A DNA stretch of 64,000 nt from Tubulanus polymorphus (Eukaryota > Animalia > Nemertea): the NCBI RefSeq assembly GCF_964204645.1, contig NC_134031.1, positions 1,302,001 through 1,366,000 on the forward strand, read 5' to 3'. Below the pieces are notes generated by a model. It was not told the origin of the DNA and ran no database searches. It was given only the letters and a program-made list of their open reading frames with translations. A program made the translations under genes and the position numbers. This document shows, piece by piece, positions 37,447 through 49,500 of the stretch. Within the stretch, counting starts at the first letter, position 1, and the number at the start of each line of letters is the position of its first letter.

Positions 37447-38751
37447 TTAATGATAATAGATTCCATGTGAATCAACTTACCTTTCAAGATTGCTGAGTTC
37501 AGTTGATGATTTCAATTCAAGTTGGAATATTCTGTTGGCTATTCGAATCAGTACATTTTTGACTAGTTAAACTTTGGCTGAGCATTCTCTTATAGATGTA
37601 ATTTAGCTGAAATGAATAAAAGAAGACATCCTGTAATCATACGATATCTTACAATATACACTATTTTTCATATAGCATTAATCATAATAAATTCCATGTA
37701 AATCAATTTACCTTTCAAGATAACTGGGTTTAGTGTCGGCTAGGAGTTCTAGGTTGGTTGAGTTCTAAGTTGGTTCTAAGTTCAAGTTGCATTCTTCTGT
37801 CGACTGTTTTAATCAGTAGATTCTAGATGGTTAGTTGATCTTAGTATGGGCTTTTTCTTATAGATGTGATTTGTGATAACTGGGTTTAGTGTCGGCTAGG
37901 ATTGTCTAAGTCTGTTCTCTAATCGGCAGATTTTAAACGAGTTGTTGACCTCAAGCGCAGCAGTTTCATATAGATATTATTTAGCTGAAACGAGTAAACA
38001 AAGATATCCTGTAAATATAAACATTTCATTCAGAATTAATCCTAATAATTTCATGTATATCAACTTACCTTTAACGATTGCTAGGTTCGGTATTGGCTTG
38101 GATACTCGGTGTGTTAGGACATTAGTTTCGAACCCCAACTGCCTAATTATTTGTTGTAGTAGTAGCATTAGTTCATCACTGTTTAAGACTAATGACAACC
38201 GGATATATATCAGATCAGCAATGTGGACCGGTGCATAGATTTTGGTAATTAAATGCCTCTTCTTTCCGCTGTTCTCTTATCGGCAGATTTCAAACGAGTT
38301 GTTGATCTAAAGCGCGACTGGTCCACATAGATAGGATAAAGCTGAAAGAGTTAACAAAGATATCCTGTAAATACAAATATTTCATTCAGAATTAATCGTA
38401 ATAATTTCATGTATATCAACTTACCTTTAACGATTGCTGGGTTCGGTATTGGCTTGGATCCTCGGTGTGTTCGGATATTAGTTTCGAACCCCAACTGCCT
38501 AATTATTTGTTGTAGTAGTAGCATTAGTTCATCACTGACTAATGACGGCCGGATATATATCAGATCAGCAATGTGGACCGGTGCATAGATTTTGGTAATT
38601 AAATGCCTCTTCTGTGCGCTGTTCTCTAATCGGCAGATTTCAAACGAGTTGTTGATCTCAAGTGCGGCTGGTTCATGTAGATAGGATAAAGCTGAAAGAG
38701 TTAACAAAGATATCCTGTAAATACAAATATTTCATTCAGAATTAATCGTAA

Positions 38752-39284
38752 CTAGTGGAAAGCCCGTGGAAACCACGGGTGATTTCTAAACGAAGAACTT
38801 CCGACTTATTATTTCGTTGCATGTCGAGTATTTGGGCATTTCAAAGTGGCCTAATTTATGTGTTGTGATCAGCTGTGCCCATATAGAGACCATACAGGAT
38901 CTCAGGACTCACTTGACCTTCTTCCCATGGAGGCCCAAGGTTACAGAACTATAGATAGAAACAAATATGTAAAGTACCGCTATGATCATTTCATAATGTA
39001 TGAATTTCGTGACCCGGCAGCTGGGTCACAAAGGCAACAGTAGCTCGTACTGTATCAACAGTGACAACAGTGGCTGTCTCTAGTCAGTGGCTATGCCAGC
39101 TGACCCATGCACCCTCTGTGAACAGTAGGAGAGACTACAAAAATTTGGAAAGTGAATAATTTTGAATGGAAACCATGCCCAAGCGATAAAAGACGTCGAG
39201 ATCTACCGCCGGGCAAATTTTCAGGGCAATACATCCAGTAACGATGGAGCAGTCGGTACAACAATTCTATATCATTATATAAGA
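38752..39284 (-). mobile_element. Non-autonomous Helitron
   Basis: Minus strand A|TCTTATATAAT...CCCGTGGTTTCCACGGG-CTTTCCA-CTAG|T: 5' TC, 3' GC hairpin + CTAG, AT target, no TSD. Empty site ATCGTAA-TAATTTC in the neighbouring unit; partial internal copy at ~39600-39712. Confidence 0.9.
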
Positions 39285-42200
39285 TAATTTCATGTATATC
39301 AACTTACCTTTTATTATTGCTTTGTTCGCTATCGGCGAGGATCTCCTAAGTTGGTTGGTTGATATCAATTCAAATTGGCCCCTTCTGTGTGCGGTTCTCT
39401 AATCGGCAGATTTTAAACGAGTTGTTGATCTCATGAGCGGCAGTTTCATATAGATAGGATTTAGCTGAAAATGAGTAAACAAAGATATCCTGTAAATACA
39501 GATATTTCATTCAGAATTCAGGCCTCTTCTGTGCGCTGTTCTCTAATCGGTAGATTTTAGATGAGTTGTTGACCTCAAGCGCTCCTTTGACTTTGTAGCC
39601 GGGTCACATCGTACTGTATCAACTGTGACAACAGTGGCTATCTCTAGTCAGTGGCTATGCCAGCAGACCCATGCGCCCTCTGTTTACAGTAGGAGAGACT
39701 ACAAAAATTTGGCAAATGGCGCTGTTCCAGTTGGTCGATTTTGGAAGAGTAGTTGATCTCAAGCTGGGTTTTTTCTAATAGTTGCAATTTAGCTGCTATG
39801 ATAAAAAGAAGATGTAATGACAAATTATTTCATTTAGAATTCATCATTATCATTTCCATAAAATATCAACTTACATTTCAAGTTTGCTGGGTTCCGTATC
39901 AGTTAAAATGTTCTAAGTTCATTGATGCATTTGATTTAAGCTTGAATTGTTGTGTGGGCCGTTCTTATCGGTAGATTTATGATTTGTTGTTGATCTCAAG
40001 CTGGGCAGTTTGATGAAGATAGGATTCAGCTGAAGAGTAAACAAAGATATCATGTAATCACAAAACATTTCATTGAGAATGAATCGAAATAATTCCATCT
40101 ATATTAAGTTACCTTTTATGATTGCTGGATTCGTTATCGGCGTGGATCATCTAAGTTGGTTGGTTGATTCTAGTTGGTTGTGCGCTGTTCCAGTTGGTCG
40201 ATTTTGGACGAGTAGTTGATCTCAAACTGGGTTTTTCTCATAGTTGAAATTTAGCTGCAATGATTAAAAGAAGATATCCTGTAATGACAAAGTATTTCAT
40301 TTAGAATTTATCGCAATAATTCCATCTATATTAAGTTACCTTTTATGATTGGTGGATTCGTTATCGGCGTGGATCATCTAAGTTGGTTGGTTGATTCTAG
40401 TTGGTTGTGTGCTGTTCCAGTTGGTTGATTTTGGACGAGTAGTTGATCTCAAACTGGGTTTTTCTCATAGTTGAAATTTAGCTGCAATGATCAAAAGAAG
40501 ATATCCTGTAATGACAAAGTATTTCATTTAGAATTTATCGCAATAATTTCAACTATATTAAGTTACCTTTTATGATTGCTGGGTTCATTATCGGCGAGGG
40601 TCTCCTAAGTTGGTAGTCTAATTTTACATATCTTTTGTTGTTTTTTTCTGTGTAAATAGTCCGAAAGTTTACAATGTTTGAATTTTGTCTAATTTTACAT
40701 TTCTTTGCTTTTCTTTTCATGTAAATAGTCCGAAAGTTTACAAGGGTAAGATAATTTTGTCTAATTTTTACTTTTGCTTTCTCCGTGTAAAGTTTTTTCA
40801 AAATCGGAAATCGAAGTACAGATATAGTTGCGTGATCGGCGGTCCATTTTACATAAATTTTCTTTTCTTGAAATCCAAGCACATAACGGGAAATTCGGTT
40901 CCGGTGCCTTCAATCTTCCAACCAGTCTGAACCGGCAAGCGTCTGATTGGGGACTGCCTATTTTGATACATCGCGATTTGGAATATCTATATTACAAGGT
41001 TGAAGATCATTTTGTACATATTATGATTAGTCGATTAATAGTATCATATAGTGCAAACCTGCTAGTAATATTGCCCCTATATACATTTCGATTCCCAGCT
41101 AAACTATGTTCGTATTATTAAATTAACTTCATCGCCAATTAATAAACTTTTAAGAGATATGTATTCTTCCCACAGACATCTGTACCCAGTGAATGGTATT
41201 CTAATCCATTTCAGTAATTTTAAATATTGCTGATAAAATATATACAATGATCTTATGATTATGATAATATAACTAGCTTAACGAACCCAGAATTCCCCAA
41301 AACCTAACTGATTCAACAGATCCCACACACATGTGGCCCAGTTAGACGCAGACAACATTGCACGATACAGTCGTCTCATCCACTGGGCTATTTCTAATAA
41401 ACTTAAATTCGTTATATTGAATTAATTCTAACTAATTTTCTGATATCTAAGCAATCCATTAATTAGTCATCATACTAGCCACAATTAATTGTCAGTCGAA
41501 CAATATTTATATGGAGCCTGAAAACCTACACAAGTAGAATTTCAGATGTGGTGAATTCATCACTATTTGAATTCATCAGAACTTAAGATAAAATCACATT
41601 TTTAGTGGTAAATTAGAAATTCCCTTAACCAAATTGCAATATAATCTTTATTTCCCTTTTACAGTACACTGTGTATAAGGATTGAAAGACCTTGTTATGA
41701 CCGGACCTCCCTGGTGCGGTGCAAGACATGATGCTGGAATATAGTTTGAAGGAGAGGGGTTAGTAAAAGAGAGCTATTAGCAAGAGGAATAAGACCTAAG
41801 TTCAGGATATCCTGTCAGAATAAGGCTCTCAATCTGACATACACAGTGATATTGAAATATTTCCCCTATTATTTGTTTTATCTCCCTTCGATCGGAAGTA
41901 AATCTGCATTAAATGATTTTGGCAATATGTATCAAAACTAATACAGCTGTATGAAGACACAATAGGTTCACTTAGATACAGATAAATAAGTAATGTGCTC
42001 AGATACACATGTATCAGCTACATTTTTAATGTCAATGTACTTGAATTAAAAATAATTTCACATCATTGAATTTACCTTAATTGTAGATGTCTAAGTAGTA
42101 CCTTAATGAGTAATTCACCTTAGTTATATCCTTATTCATCCTCTAAGTTTTTTGTCCCGCGTGTTGACTAGGTAATGATGTTGTTGGAACGTCCAATGGT

Positions 42201-42998
42201 GCCATCAGACTCAGTCCCAGAGTCGGATTATGGATGTTGGTATCACCAGACTTCCCACCATCGGAGTTTGACTTCTGGCTAGCGAAATGACAAGATGAAG
42301 AGTGCATATTATATATTAAGTCAAAATGTTTGTCAGACAGAGCCACTGTGGTTTGAGAAAGCTTTTATAATCTCATAACCATCCCTATCATTAATAGTAT
42401 TAACTATTATCGTGCCACAGATTTATGCCAGCTCCGTTCGTGTCTGGGTTAGGTACATATACAGCCAAACCATGTACCTCTTCCCCACACGATAAGTGTT
42501 TTTTGAGAACACCTGAATTTTGGAATTAGTAAAAATCAACCCCTGATATACCACTATTGCCCCAAGTTTGCTTAAAATGAGCTGAAATTAAAGAGTACAT
42601 AATCATTAATTAACAAAATTTGCAACTATATCTAACTTTGATAGTGGATGATGAAAAAGATGAAAGGCCAGGATGAGGGGTCAGAATCAGAAATCGAAGA
42701 TACAGAGTTTACGATGTATTTGAAGTACACAAAAGATGCTCGAGATTACAGAGTTCACGAATACAATATAGACGTTATCATCCGCTGCGACAAGAAAAAT
42801 TGGGAAAGATTTTGATGGAAGGGGAAAGAACCTTGGATGAAAAATAAAATTTACACAGTTTCACGGCTTAAATCGAAGTACAACCATATAGACGCTGGTA
42901 ATACATAGTTTTAACGGCTTTACATCATATTTGATCTAACCTGAGAAAGAGAAAGAAGTCAGCACAGAACTTCTGGCTGATAACAGCAAAGTCAGAGT

Positions 42999-43620
42999 TC
43001 TCAGGGTTCCAACTGGCAGCGGCAGAGTCGGAGTTCTCTAACGAGGCCTCGTCTCAGCTAGTGGTGGGGTGCTGACGACACGGGTATTACTACGAAGGAC
43101 CCGCAATCAGAGTAAGATGGGAAGCGACAAACATCTTCGGCTTCAGGGGATATCCGATCTTCAAGCATCAACACCAAAAGACAACCGGCACCCAGAAGAG
43201 AGAGAAAAACTGGGTGAACGGGGAGCCCATCAGCAAGATGCCAATGGGTAGCCTTAGGCGAAGAAACCAGCCGATTCAGACTAGAATGGACCAAACTGGG
43301 GACCCAATTGAGAATTGAGCACACCACCTAAGACAACCGGCACCCAGAAGAGAGAGAAAAACTGGGTGAACGGGGAGCCCATCAGCAAGATGCCAATGGG
43401 TAGCCTTAGGCAATGAACCAGCAGATTCAGACTAGAATGGACCAAACTGGGGACCTAAAGATCCAACAGCCCCCTCAGTCGAAGATTGCTACCACCCCCA
43501 TCTTATTCTGATCGCAGGTCCCCCGTAGTAACATCCGCATCACCAGCACTCCGCCACTAGCTGGAACGAAATCCACATTAGAGAACTCCGACTCCGCCGC
43601 TGCCAGTTGAAACCCTGAGA
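42999..43620 (-). ncRNA. Candidate long hairpin/structured RNA: ~165-bp imperfect inverted arms around two ~127-bp direct repeats
   Basis: Arms 42999-43163 and 43456-43620; loop repeats 43179-43306 and 43330-43455; arm differences are mostly transitions giving G-U pairs on the minus strand. Confidence 0.55.
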
Positions 43621-46539
43621 TTGAGAGGGCGGGGGCGAGGGACGAATGAAATGAAAGAAAAAAAAAATGAAAAAACAAAAATAATATAGAAAAATAATGA
43701 AAAAAAATAAGATATAAAATATACCACACATTCATACGACACATAAAAACTCCATTCACTCCTCTTGCAAACACCGCGCACACAACTCCATCCACTCCGC
43801 TTGCACACAACTCCATCCACTCCGCTTGCACACACCGCACACACAACTCCATCCACCGCCACCGGCGCCACACCACCGCTCCGAAATACTCCGCGCCACA
43901 AGATCGCCAGGAAACACAGCAAAAGCTGAAGAGCTCGAGAAAACGCCATCTGATCGTGTCAAAGACTAGTACTCGATTGAACGATTGTGGAGAAATTTCG
44001 CCCAGAGCTACGATCAAATGCAAACCCAAATGTAGATATTTTATTGAACGGAATTGATTTTCAGTCCACGTCAGTTGAAAACCTGCTTTGATCGATGTTT
44101 TAATGTTTATTTTAAATACAAATTAGATTTACGACCTAGGGTTATTGATTAATATCTAATTGTGAGGGTTAGATAAATGGATCGTGGATGAATTTCCTGC
44201 TCGCATGCCACAGTTCTGTAAAATCTCAATCGTCTAGTGCTGCTTCTAGATACCGTGGCGAATACATAAACTAATCGATGTACTCTGCCCGTATTTGTAC
44301 ATAAGGCCTACAGCTTACTTATCTTGCTTAATTTACGTCGTTCGTGTCTTGTGCCGGTATCCTAAGACTATAAATCATATTGGATCCTTTTTCAGCGGTA
44401 GAGCTAGATAATTAAATGATAATTATCCGAACAGTAGATCTATTCTATCTTTTAAAAACTTTCTCCATGTCATAGTTAATAGTTCAAATATTCAAAATAC
44501 AAATTATGTTCAAATCCAGATTTCACATACAACAACTCGTTGGCCCACTGAAAGATAGCAGTGATACAATCATTGAGTAATAAATGTTAGAAAGAATTAG
44601 GTTATCCTCTCAGGGCCTGTTAATTGTACGTCACCGGTAATGGAAAAAGTAAGGCAAGCAGGAATTAAGGTATTCCTACCTTAGTCAGTAACCTGACTGT
44701 GGTTTAGTTTCACGATCGGATATTTTCACAAACCACATAAGCCCATCCAACTAAAAATAAGCTTACCACCAACGATTAGGTAACTAACTAGGCCTACCCA
44801 CATTATCCAACTACAAGCCTTGACGAGAAAAGAAGAATTAGCAATATAACCAAAATCGAAAAGGAAAATATCGAAAGTTCAGGATATCAAATTAACTTAA
44901 TTATGGCTGCTCAAATTCAACAACCACTAAAACCAATGCCTGAAAGAGGCTTGAAGCTCACACCACGAGGATAGATCTAGGCAAATATCCGAATTTCAAT
45001 TGCGGGGTACGGGTCGAATGAGAGAAACATCTCAGGGAAACATCTCAAATGACACTGCGCGTAGATTGTTCACGTCAGGAGTCATCAAACTCAAACTGTC
45101 CCATAAAAATGAGCACCTGAAGTCTACATCAAGGACAGGGTGGCCATTTTATCAGAATCTTGGGAAGAAATCCGTCGAGGAAGCGATGGATAAAGGCAAA
45201 TACATATGTTGTTTAAAAAAACATGTCTTGAACATTATTTCCATAATATTGAAAGTATGCCTAGTTACAATATTTCTCATTAATAAACCAAAACCGACCC
45301 TGAAAGATATATTCATTCTGCAAGGAGGTTGGTTTGCAAGTTAGGTGGTATACTATTGGAGGCTGTGGAATATGAATCACATTATGTTTCATTCAGTAGC
45401 CTATGTCGTAATACATTGACGCGATTTGTGTCATTTCACATGGTCACGGTCGAATGATCGTGTGTGGGTTTTATCTGAAGCAATTCACTATGACGCCAGT
45501 TCAATTGAGTCTGTTTACGCTCGTAACACAAACTTAAGTCCCGTATTATACGTACGGTCAGCCCTTTGTTTATGGGCCCTGGTTGTTAATTATCAAGAAG
45601 ATTTTTGATGACTGCGGTCATTCGTCTTAGACTGTTGTTTGGTCATTGTTCGGAAGGTTGACCAAATTTCATCTGGGTTTGCATGCAGACGTTTCGAATT
45701 TGTCTACCCAGGCTTTCTTAGCGTTTTGAATGCTTAATTGGTGGTTTCCTCAGCAGGACTTTAAGGCAAGGAGATTGTCGATGGAGTTTCTATGTTTTTG
45801 TATCTCTCGCTGCAAAAGTATCTCTTGTATCCTGGTTAGCCCAGCATGGGTGTTTCAGTCTGGGTTATTTTTATACATAGTAGGCCTACCCAGGATACGG
45901 GGGTCAAAACCCCCGTCAATAGACAGATTTTAATTCATAAAAATCCTTATTCAATTGAGTGGAGACGGGTTTTTAGATTACTTGCAGCGTGTACCACTCA
46001 TAATTTGAAAAACCCAAATTTCTATCTTTAATTTTGATACTGGATTAAACGGTGTCATCATGTAAATCTAGGAAAGTCCATATTAAGAATTTCCTTTCTT
46101 GTTTTCAGTCTTAAAATGATAGTATCTTTTTTTCCAAAGTATTTTAATGGCGTTAACATGTAAATGTTTGTTTATGGATAAGATTGGTAAGGGAAAAAAT
46201 TTATTTGAGCCTTTCTTTTCGAAAGACAGAGTACTCAAGCAAGCAACCAAAGCTAGCAAACAAGAAGCATTTGGCAACTGGCAACTAGCAACTGGCAATG
46301 TCGTCTCAGGGCTTCCATAGTATGTATTTGCTTAATTATATCACTTACATTTGTTCAATTTAAAAACAGGTTTTGTTTGAATCTTTTTAAATGGGATTCG
46401 AACCGAGAATCAGTTGAAGACGGCGCTGCGCCACGTTGAAAAATGGCCGCTCGTTGACAGTGACACTTCTCGCAAAATCCTCTTTCAATTCCCTCATTAG
46501 ACTAACAGCAGCGTGAGGCCCGCTACTGATCCCCTGATA

Positions 46540-49500
46540 ATGAACAGTAATCAGCTGCTAGTTCTGGTCATACTCGTGTTTTATTTCGATGCCGCAAACG
46601 CAATGAGTAAAACTGAAAAACGAGAAATGAAGTAAGAAAATTCATTTCCGGGTTTGGTTGGTAATGGTGGAATAAAAACTATTTTATTTCTACCATTTTT
46701 AATTCGTCGTTTAAAATGATTCTTTCAGAGCTAAAGTTTTGGAAAGTTTTTTTCACGCATATAACAGTTATATGGTAAGAGATTGTTTCAGGTTTTCTGT
46801 GTCATTTTCACAGATGCTCGTATCTGGAAGAAGAGGGCTGCTTAATATATAATAAACCTTGCATCATTGTTCAGATAATCCAGTATCCCAGGTATGGTTA
46901 ATGTGCAGATCCGCACATCTCCGCGTAAACGGTTCAATCAATTACATTAAATATGATTGTTTCAGATTCAAAATGTCATCAGCAATTCATACATTGCCAT
47001 CGGTTAATTTTGAATCTTCACTGGAAAGATTTTAGCGTGGATTCTGTCATTCAGTAGATTGCGTCAATCACGAGAGGTGCGGATCTGCACTTTTACCCCC
47101 AGGAACTTTGCCTGGGTTTTCGTTTTTACAGTATCTGGGATATTGGATGATCTAAGTTACTGTTCATCCCCGAACTTCAAATACGAGCCCCTGTGGTCCT
47201 CTGTCACTCGCTGAGATGTTCGCCTGTGGGTGATCTGTTGGATCTACCTCCTGTTCTAACCATGTTTTTTTTATTTGCTAGAAAAATGCGTATCCGGCTG
47301 ATGAACTGATGCCGTTGAGTTGTAAAGGTAGAGTTCGCGGTGTTGAACCGTCTAGAGGCGATGTAGATGACTCTTTAGGGAAGTACGTAAAAAGTTTGTT
47401 GTTTTTTAATCAATCCTTAATTCAAGCACTTTTTTCAGATGTGATTATCTATTAATTGTAGTTATTCTCTGACTCTGGTCGACACACTGGATACGTTAGC
47501 GGTATATATTATTTCAATCTCATCGACCCTGTATTTAAGGCCTATTTTCCTGTCTATTCAAACAATCGTTTGGTTCCGTTTTTGTAGGTTCTCGGCGAGA
47601 CTGAAGAGTTTGAGAAGGCTGTGAAACTCGTGATACGTGACGTGAGTTTTGATCGAGATATCGTCATATCGGTTTTCGAAGTGAACATTCGTATAATGGG
47701 GTAAGATTTACTATTAAAACAGGGTAAAAACTTATCAGGTTTCATGAATAACGCTGAAATTAGCGATTTTGCAGGCGATCTTACCGATTAGGGCAAATCA
47801 GCGAATTCGTGATATATTTTTCCCTGCAGAGAAAATCAGAGAATTCCAACACTTCTCTTGAAAATTAGGGAATATTTGATTTTGATTGTGACGCATGGAA
47901 CACCCTGAGTTTTGGATTCCCTGATCTGTAAGAATCTTTAGATTTAAGTTATGTCAAAGTTGCTGTCAAAGATGTAATTGTTGGTGATTGAAAGTAAAAC
48001 CTTGATATTTATGAATGTGTGTGTCACATATTTTCAGGGGTTTGCTAGGAGGACACACAATGGCTAAGTATCTACAGAAAAAAGATCTAGGAATGCAATG
48101 GTATAACGACGAACTGTTAACGATGGCTAAAGATTTAGGATACAGGTTGTTACCTGCTTTCAATACGAGTACAGGAATTCCATATCCGCGAGTGAGTACC
48201 GGTACATTCTCTCAATAATCACGGTGAAAACCTCGTGTAGAAATCACTTGAAATTTGTGTTCGATTCAGGTTAACTTGAAATACGGTTTAAATCAAGGAA
48301 CGTCTCGCACCGGTTCAGAAACGGATACCTGTACGGCGTGCGCTGGAACTATTATACTAGAGTTTGCAGCCCTCAGTAGAATGACTGGTGATCCAACATT
48401 TGAGGTAAGAGCCTTCAACCCTTTCACTGTGCATACACCGCAGTGCAGTGTATAAATTAGTGTTGGAATATGCTAGTACCCTGCATCGTGTATCCATTTT
48501 ATTAGTTATAAGTTGTTATCTATATTTAAAGATAAATATTAAAAGATAATAGTGAAATATTAGTTACTCATGATGATACACAGGACCCAGTTCCGCAGTT
48601 CTGAGTTAAATTTGACTAGATTTAAAACATTGAAAATGAACTTACTTTAACTCAAGAGTTAACTCTAACTCTCAACTGTGGAACCGGGTCCTGGGCTTCA
48701 AAATATTATTGGACACGCATTAGGTTTATTTGGATAGTCAGCACTGAAACGGTTATTAGAATATGTACAATCCTCGTCCATTGTATTAGATTTCAAATGT
48801 GTGAATTTAATTTCAGGCTAAGGCAAAGAAGGCGTTGAATTATTTATGGGAGCAGCGACATCGACAGAGTGATTTAGTCGGAACAGTTATCAATATTCAC
48901 AGTGGTGACTGGGTCCGTAGGGGTAAGGGCAGCAAAACTCTCTTCAATATCAATTTTGCAAAATGTTGTATATTTGGCTAAAAAAAATTGATACCTTGTT
49001 TCTCCGCTCTGCTGAGCTTAAATATTGACCTGGCCGGCCGTCTATCTACCCTATACATTACTTTTTTTTAAAATCGTGATCAATTTTACCATAACAGACC
49101 CGGCCGCTATAGAAATGAACTGTTTATAAATTTTATCATATTTTACAAAAATGACCCGGCCGCTGCGGAGAAACAAGGTATCATTTTTGTTTAGCCTTTC
49201 TACTATTTACGTTGTGTTGATTCAGAAAGTGGTGTCGGAGCCGGCATTGATTCATACTACGAATATCTACTGAAAGCTTATATTTTACTCGGAGATGAAA
49301 CTTATTTGGATCGTTTCAATAAAGTAAGCACCGGGTTTTCGAGAAACTGTCCAGGGTTCATCTAACTAATCAGGGAAATCATGGAAAATTAGAGACTTTC
49401 GACTCTTTTTCTTGAAAATGTGGGAAAAAAAGGGGATTTTAATTTTTGGTGCGTTTTTGCTGGTGATGAGTGACACTTGTAGGAACCTCTTGATAAGCAA

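Larger units (their letters stand above)
36410..40620 (-). repeat. ~11 diverged tandem exon/intron-like units (~230-350 bp); candidate spliced lncRNA
   Basis: Each unit has a minus-strand donor (mostly AAAG|GTAA) and a pyrimidine-YAG|CT acceptor; no continuous reading frame. Confidence 0.65.
31965..46319. mobile_element. ~14.4-kb TIR-bounded non-autonomous DNA transposon (IS3EU-like termini) with non-coding cargo
   Basis: Left TATGGAAGCCCTGAGATGACATTGCCAGTTGCT..; right end reverse-complemented TATGGAAGCCCTGAGACGACATTGCCAGTTGCT..; flanks GTATTT (31959-64) / GTATGT (46320-25). TAY..RTA ends with a 6-bp TSD are the described IS3EU signature. Confidence 0.75.

Noticed and set aside
37942-38707. 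ORFs of 73-118 aa in the tandem array as a protein gene
   Set aside because: Frames are not conserved among units and read through intron-like sequence.
43072-43100. CTGACGA...CGAAG as a hammerhead in the fold-back arm
   Set aside because: No convincing stem II, and GAAG rather than GAAA.
43475-44029. 184-aa minus-strand ORF
   Set aside because: Made of low-complexity repeats and a T-rich tract; several overlapping open frames indicate compositional openness.
41330-45880. Scattered LINE-like peptide fragments (HWAISNKLKF, EAMDKGKY, EIWSTFRTM) or a transposase for the large element
   Set aside because: Too short and broken to call without a search; no DDE transposase ORF recognised.
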